Of a stretch of DNA of 64,000 nucleotides, positions 57,334 through 64,000 are shown one piece after another. The stretch comes from Trichoplax adhaerens. Its lineage: Eukaryota; Animalia; Placozoa. A model generated the notes under the pieces. It was not told the DNA's origin. It saw nothing but the letters and a program-made list of their open reading frames with translations, and ran no database searches. The first letter of the stretch is position 1; every line of letters starts with the position of its first letter. The stretch is taken from NCBI RefSeq assembly GCF_000150275.1, contig NW_002060946.1, positions 6,300,597 to 6,364,596 of the forward strand, given 5' to 3'. The translations under genes and the position numbers were made by a program.

Positions 57334-60300
57334 TGGGGAATAACAACGGAATTTTCGTTAATAAAGCATAATTAATTGATTTCAAGGATTGTAATTCATT
57401 GAAGTTTTATACCTGCTATCGGTATGCTCCAAGGTCCTATACCAACATTAGTTGAAACGGCCATTGAAACTAAATATTCGTACTTCGCATTAATTTTTCT
57501 AATAACTGCAAAATCCTCGTCTCGATAAATAGTTAAGTTTCTGTCTATGCTACCATCGCGAAAGCTTAAACGAATCTGTTTAATTATGAATATTATTGGC
57601 AGTTAGTATTGACCTATCATGTAAGATTTTAGTATTATCAATCTATCATATAGGCCTAGATTGAATCTAATTACTGTAAAAAAATCGAAATTACAGATAC
57701 TAGCAGTATAAGTAGGTCAAACACGATAAAGTAGAATATTATTAATAAAGAATTCATGGCTTGCATTTTCATTTTGCGTGTTAATAAACTGTATCGAGTA
57801 AAAGAACTATCAACATTTACAGTTTACATTTTTAATTTCTTACGAGATATGCGTAAAATTTTCCGTTTAATTGACTCTTGGTTAGTCTTTCCCATTTCAA
57901 AGCAATGGTGTTATTCACTTTGTATGCGTCTATTAGAACTGGTGCAACAGCTGGAACTAAAATAGATAAAATGCAGTAAATAAGTTAGTATAAATACAAG
58001 CCCTGCGAGTCTAAATATATCATATTGTCACATTAAATAGTTATTATCAAATGGGCGCTTATATGTAAATTGCATTACCACTTTCGGGCATGGTAAAGGA
58101 GAGACGGCGAACGTCTACTTGTTTATTCTTTAGATATGTTTTTAAAATAAAATCATATTCGAAATGCTCTTCCAGCCGGTTAATTATAATTTGAGTAGCT
58201 GTTGTATTAACCGTGTGCCAATTATCTTGAGTGCCATACTTTTGAACATATGCAACAGTATAAGTAAAAGTCTCGCCATTGCCAACCTAGTAAATATACA
58301 CCAAAAAGATTTAAAATTCTTTAGTATAGCGGAATATAAGTATGGGCGTAATCTACGGTAATTCAGATTTGATTGTTATATTAGCAAATTGAGCATCCAA
58401 ATTCTATTAGGCAGTGGATAGAATACCTTATTCCATCTTAAAAGTACTGAAGATGGTGATAAAGCGGTTATGTTAAATTCTAGACGATTAAATATTGGTG
58501 TTGTTTGAAGATTTAGAGGAGTTGGAGTTACAGATAATTCGGTAGCTGTAGATGTTAGTTTAGTCCTAATTATCGATGACATTGGTGATGTACTGGTGCC
58601 ATAGCCATTGATAGAAACTATCTGAAATTGATAGCGAGTATTTGGCTTTAAATTACGGATTGTAAATTCGGTTATGCTAATTGTCCCAACACGAGTTCTC
58701 TTTTTTCGACCACCAACTTCATAGCAATCAATATAGACGAGAACAGGTACTCTTTCTCCGTCTTTGGGTATGTCCCATCGTAAACGAATAAACGAGCTTC
58801 CAATTTGAGTTTGATATGGCTTATAGGGAGCTTTAGGTACTCCATAGGATTGTTCTATAGAGTAGAGGTCAATAACCTATTAAAAACCTTCCAATCTGAA
58901 CTTTCGAAATGTTATATTCGAATTGTATGCTTTACTCCGTAAATATGATGTGTAAATACTCACCAACAACTCTCAGATAGGCCACACTTGTTACTAAACC
59001 GGCATTATTGTAAGATCCACACATATACCAACCCTGATCGCTTGTCTGAACCAATTTAATGCCAATCGTATTCCAGGATAATCTTTTCACACGCGTATCA
59101 TTCGATTTTAATAATTGATCATTTTTACGCCAGTACACAATCGGTTGAGGATCTCCTTTTGAGTTGCATTTAATAGTTACGGTGTCATTGATGAAGACTG
59201 TCTTGTTGAACAATTCCGGTTTGATGACGGGTATAGTTGCCGTTGTATCAACTAATTATTAAAAGTTAATTCAAAACGCAGTTATTTTTATGATGTCGCT
59301 TTCTAAGTTATGCGTAATCGCAGAATATTATGAATAGAGTTGATAAAATAGATGAAAAGATCCAGTAAATTGAATTGGATTCCTATGCTTTTTATGATAT
59401 CATAGAATAATGTAATACCTCTTACGACCAGTCTTACTAAAACATCCCTGCCTTGCATATTGCCAATGACCGAGCATTGGTATAGGCCAGAGTCTCGACC
59501 TACAGCCTAATCATAGATATTGATTCATTAGAGATGCAATCGCCGAAGAGTTATAATAAATTGGGATATCAATCAATTACAATTATGGATGCATCTAAAA
59601 TTTTTTATTTTTTCTATTTAATAACATGACTGATATCAATTTATAATATATGAATTATACTACTTGGTGCATTTAGTAAATTATAAATCTGTCGAGATTC
59701 CTTTAGCACGGATACCCGTTAAATTTTTATTATGAGTCAATGCTAGGTGCTAATAATAATACTCGCTAGTGCACTTTGATAACAATTATCCCGCAACTAA
59801 ATTTCGTGCTCAATTTGGCTTGCTCATAAATTTATGCCACTGTTTACAAGAAAACTTACCTTCTTTATAACGAGAGTCCCATTATTTAATACATGCATTC
59901 CTTCTACCTCGCTTTGACCAGCGAACATCAAACTATCAGTTCCAATTTTTCTCCAAAAGAGTGCATGAGCATGATTTGCTTTACAATTAAAGTATACTAA
60001 TTTTCCAACTTCTACCCATTTATCAACAGGCACAACAGTAAATTTGGGAGGCTCTATACAAAACGATAATGAATTTTAAGAATTCAAAAATGAGGAGAAC
60101 TTTGCTAATCATAGAATTAGTATTCCAATTAGGTTCAATATTTTTTATTTTAATAAAAACATTATTAATACGGTTAAATATTTATTTCTGACGGAAAAGT
60201 TTAGAAATACACAATTTAAAAATAAAATACTGCTTACGTTCAGTTTATTTTATATTGTAATTAATAATTTAGAATTTTTTTCGGCAGTACTCACCTTCGA

Positions 60301-61490
60301 TATTGACTGTAAATATACGATTGATTTCTTTATGGACATTCGCTACGACACAAGTGAAGGTACCAGCATTTTCAAGTTGAATATTTTCGACATGTAATCT
60401 CATATTACGAAGTTGAAATCGAGGATCATTTTCAGTGATTACAGATTTTCCATAAAACCACTGAATTTTCGGTTTTGGTAGACCTTTAGCCGAACAGTCC
60501 AATGTCAACTTAGCTCCAACCGCAACGGAAACTCTAGTTTGAGCTTTGTTAATAAATCTGGGAATTTCTAATGTTACAATTAAGAATAAATACTTAGTAA
60601 ATTATAATGCTACATACAAGGCAGTTGTCAATTTATCTGCTACCTAATCAACAAAACTAGAAACTTTTTCCTTACGGACATTTAATGGAGATTGATATCT
60701 TATTAAATGACAGCAATTAGTAATTTGACATAATATCTTTAAGCTTTAAGTAAAATTAATACCGTTAACAGTCAAGTATGCTGCTTCAGAACGTTTCACA
60801 CCAGCTAAATTTTCTGCTACACAGACATAAAATCCGAGATCATAATGATCGACATTAGGAATAGTTAAAACACTTTCAGGCGTGGTAGTATAAGTAATCC
60901 TGCCACCAGATTGAATAATTTTGCCATTTTTCTCCCACATAATACTTGGTTTTGGGTTTGCTCGTGGTGCATGGCAGGTTAATTTTGCCGTTCCTGATGT
61001 TGTTATTGTGATGTTGGAAGGAGAAATTCGGAATTTATCTCGCAAATCTACATTTATTGATATCAAACATGATAATTCAATTCCTGATTTGATATTAAGT
61101 GATTAAAAATTATGCAAAAAGAGGATAGAAGACATTTTTTAAGTACATAAATTATCGTCTAATGCTAAGTTATGGCAAGATAAATTTACTTACAAGCTAT
61201 TGTAATGGTGGCATTGCGACTAAAGACAGAACCAAATTGATTTTTGGCCATGCATTGGTAGATACCAGCATCTGTGTATTTGCTAGTTTTAGTTACTTTC
61301 GTAATGTAGAGTGCACCACCAATTAATAATAGTCTTGGATTAATTTTAGGGTCAATAACTAGTAATTTGCCATTCTTCAACCAAGTAATTTTAGGATATG
61401 GTGAACCGGTTGCACTACAACGAAGTGTGATGCCGGTATTACGTCGGACAATAAAGTCCTGTGGCTCTTCAATAAAAACTGGGGCAGCAC
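54289..61490 (-). CDS. ROBO: Roundabout (Robo)-family receptor: 5 Ig + 3 FN3 + TM + long low-complexity cytoplasmic tail; signal-peptide exon not identified, probably outside the window
   Basis: Exons (minus strand) 61194-61490 (Ig1), 60763-61047 (Ig2), 60295-60567 (Ig3), 59860-60053 + 59419-59506 (Ig4), 58964-59251 (Ig5), 58427-58854, 58079-58286, 57844-57956, 57413-57575 (FN3 x3), 56966-57193 (TM WLMIVCAISGVLIVTSILICCWCVC), 55564-56663, 54289-55098; all phases consistent. Robo-diagnostic Ig1/Ig2 junction SRNATITIAYLRDKFRISPS, Ig2 CHAPRANPKPSIMW...YVCVAENLAGVKRSEAAYLTV, Ig4 LFWRKIGTDSLMF. Confidence 0.88.
57296..57328. repeat. (TA)n microsatellite in a Robo intron
   Basis: About 16 consecutive TA units. 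Confidence 0.95.
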
Positions 61491-64000
61491 CTACGAAAAA
61501 GAATTAGTTACTTAATGATAAAGAGAAATATAAAATATTTGAAAAGTAATTGCTATATTTTAGAGTTGAAAAAATATAGTAATCACAAATATAGAATTTA
61601 TTATAAGTTGAAATCGGATTAACAACGCCTGTTTGTATTCGTAAACTTAAAATAAATATCGATGAAGAATTTTGCTTTCGGCATCTTTGAGTATTGTTTT
61701 ACACTGCTTCTAGTAATATGCAACTGCTTAATTGGAATGGTGTAGTAATTTTTCGTAGATTAGAAGGAAATTATGGCGTTCAGTTTTTTTAGTTTAATGA
61801 TCGCAAAATGGGGGAATAACTGATTTAAAAATTTCAGAAACCAAGCTTGATGTAAATCTAGTCATCGTCTCGTGATCTCAAATAAGCAGGAAAAAAGGCA
61901 TACGTGCACGTATCAAGAGAAATACTGTACCAGCAGTTTTATTAAAATTTACATAAATATTAGTGTTAAAACATCATTATAACTTGTCTAGACAAGTAAT
62001 AATAACTACTTAGCAATATATCGAAAAGATATTAGCAATACTTACTAGTATTGCTAACATACAGAGTAGAAATTTTGGGAATACTATTTTGAGAATTTGA
62101 AAGAGTGTGAAACGATTTAGTCTTATTTATATCTTAACAATTTAATCTTCCCTTAGATTGGCATGTTATCGTACTAAGTTGCGTAGCTTAATTATGCTGA
62201 GAACGACAACTTAATTTGCGGACTAAACTCAAGCATATTCTGAATTATGTTCTTGAAATTGCATAAGTTAATCATTTACGATTGCATTCCTACATGCTGT
62301 GATAAGGATGCTAATAAATGAAATTGCCAGTTTTAGAAATACTCTGTAATTTTAATTGTAGCTGGATAACCCTAACCATTGAAAGGATTATTCTTAGTAT
62401 AAGGTCAATATGATAGATTTTTGAAAACTTACCCCTTCTACTTCAACTTTGACAACCCATTACACATGAACTATCAGCACTAAATCCAATTTTTCATGTG
62501 TGTCTGATTAAGGTAGAAATTGCAGCTATGGTGATAACATAGGGTTACTATGCACCAAGTACAAACATTAATTCTATTAAGAAGAATCCTTTCTCTTTTT
62601 TTAGTTTAAGAATAAAAAGAAAAAGATTTTCAAAGGGACAATTACAGATATCCTTCACTAGAAAAACTCTACTAACTATCCAGTTTGCGGTACAAAAGTT
62701 GAATATACCACGGTCTAATCGTTATAGATTCTCTAACTTCAGATCTCGATCGGTAGGTGTCCTTTATTCTATCTTTCAGAATCATCTAAATTAATACAGC
62801 AATATTGCTGGGCTAGCGATCGTGTAGAAGAGCAATTGCCACTATTTTACATTTTAGGAAAATGAACATCGTGCTGTGTTTTATCAGTAGTTCACAAAAA
62901 TTATTTTGAGAAGAATGAATTAACTTAATAAACTAGATATTAATGAGCGTTGTATTCACATGGAGAGGGAAGTAGAGTTATTTCGTTTTACAAGTTATAA
63001 GGTAATGATCTCTGGCAGTATAGTTACAGCTGAAATTGATTTCCTTAAGCTTTCATCCGCGAATAAAATAAAGATTTTTAAATTATAGTAGATATAGTTA
63101 ATGGCAAAGATAAAGTTCAAGGATTTTTGTAATTTTATGGATAATGTTATTTAAACTTATTCTTGTTTAAATTAGTTCTTTCAATACGTAGTTAGAAAAA
63201 AAGGATTGAAAAATATTTGAATAAAAAGAAGAATAAGTACTGTATGATAGTTTCATTCTTATTGTCATGATATTCATAATTTTTATTATCCATATGACTA
63301 TTATTAGAAAAGCAAAGGAATAGTATAACAACGGTAAACCACATTATCAGGGTAGGTAAAGTTTATAATTCGCTAAGTAGTTAATGAGACAATCGAAAGA
63401 GTAAATTCTCTACATTAATATCAACTTCGCACGATCATAATGGAAGAACGCCTGATGGTCGATGATGAACTATTCTAAAAACGATTGTCAATTATTGTTA
63501 TCGATTCATACTGGTAATAGTAGACAACACGCCAAGAATAACATCCAGTTCTATTCTTTTTACTGTACATTTAATTAGACAGATATTATAAATTAATGCT
63601 GAATACTTCAATTTAATGAAGACGAGAAAGTTACTTAATTTCTCTCGATTTATACTTGGTCATTAAATGGGTTACAGGATAAAAACTTTCTATCCGATGT
63701 CAATAACATTTCTGCTATTTTTCTCTCATAAAAACTCATGCAGAGATAAAAAATGATCTAGTCTTTACTTGAAATACTATGGCACTTAAAACTCCATAAA
63801 TACTTTTGGTGTGTGATGACTCACGCTTGGGCTTTTATGGTTAATACAGATTGAAATTTTCGACTTGTCCATAAATGACTGATGACTAGTTCTGTTTTTA
63901 CTCGAATAATACTGTATTGTACTACTCATACGGAAAATTCGATATAAAAGGAAATCCAGTTGATAATCAGAAATGGATAGAGCTTCACAGATTTTTATTT

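Noticed and set aside
55910-61106. Plus-strand ORFs overlapping Robo exons
   Set aside because: Antisense shadows of real coding exons.
61491-64000. Search for the Robo signal-peptide exon
   Set aside because: No phase-1 donor preceded by a Met-initiated hydrophobic stretch was found; the exon is probably beyond the window.

Overview
AT-rich, intron-dense eukaryotic (animal) genomic DNA with mostly short GT-AG introns. The composition and gene style resemble a compact early-branching animal genome such as a placozoan (Trichoplax-like), but that is my inference and not provable from the window. I built six spliced genes by hand and checked every exon phase. (1) 3' end of NAA50 (+, 1-363). (2,3) Two intact tandem mitochondrial Endonuclease G paralogues (+, 2603-5574 and 6829-10583; about 65% aa identity while their introns still align). 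(4) Proteasome ATPase PSMC4/Rpt3 (-, 12283-15619), with a U12-type intron and a GC-AG intron. (5) cGMP phosphodiesterase PDE9 (+, 38231-49088), preceded by about 21 kb with no recognisable coding sequence. (6) A 5-Ig/3-FN3 Roundabout (Robo) receptor (-, 54289->61490; signal-peptide exon not found). The best leads are RNA-processing features: a candidate 27-nt cassette microexon in PDE9 flanked by a long AG-free CU/YCAY tract and a downstream CTAAC (STAR/QKI-type) cluster; splice-versus-retain switches that change C-terminal PDZ-type ligands in both PDE9 and Robo; and a dense TACAGTA/TACTGTA palindromic motif array in the PSMC4 promoter. There are several local tandem duplications, a 5-copy ~145-bp array and one MITE-like inverted repeat. 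No rRNA, tRNA, CRISPR or coding transposon was recognised.
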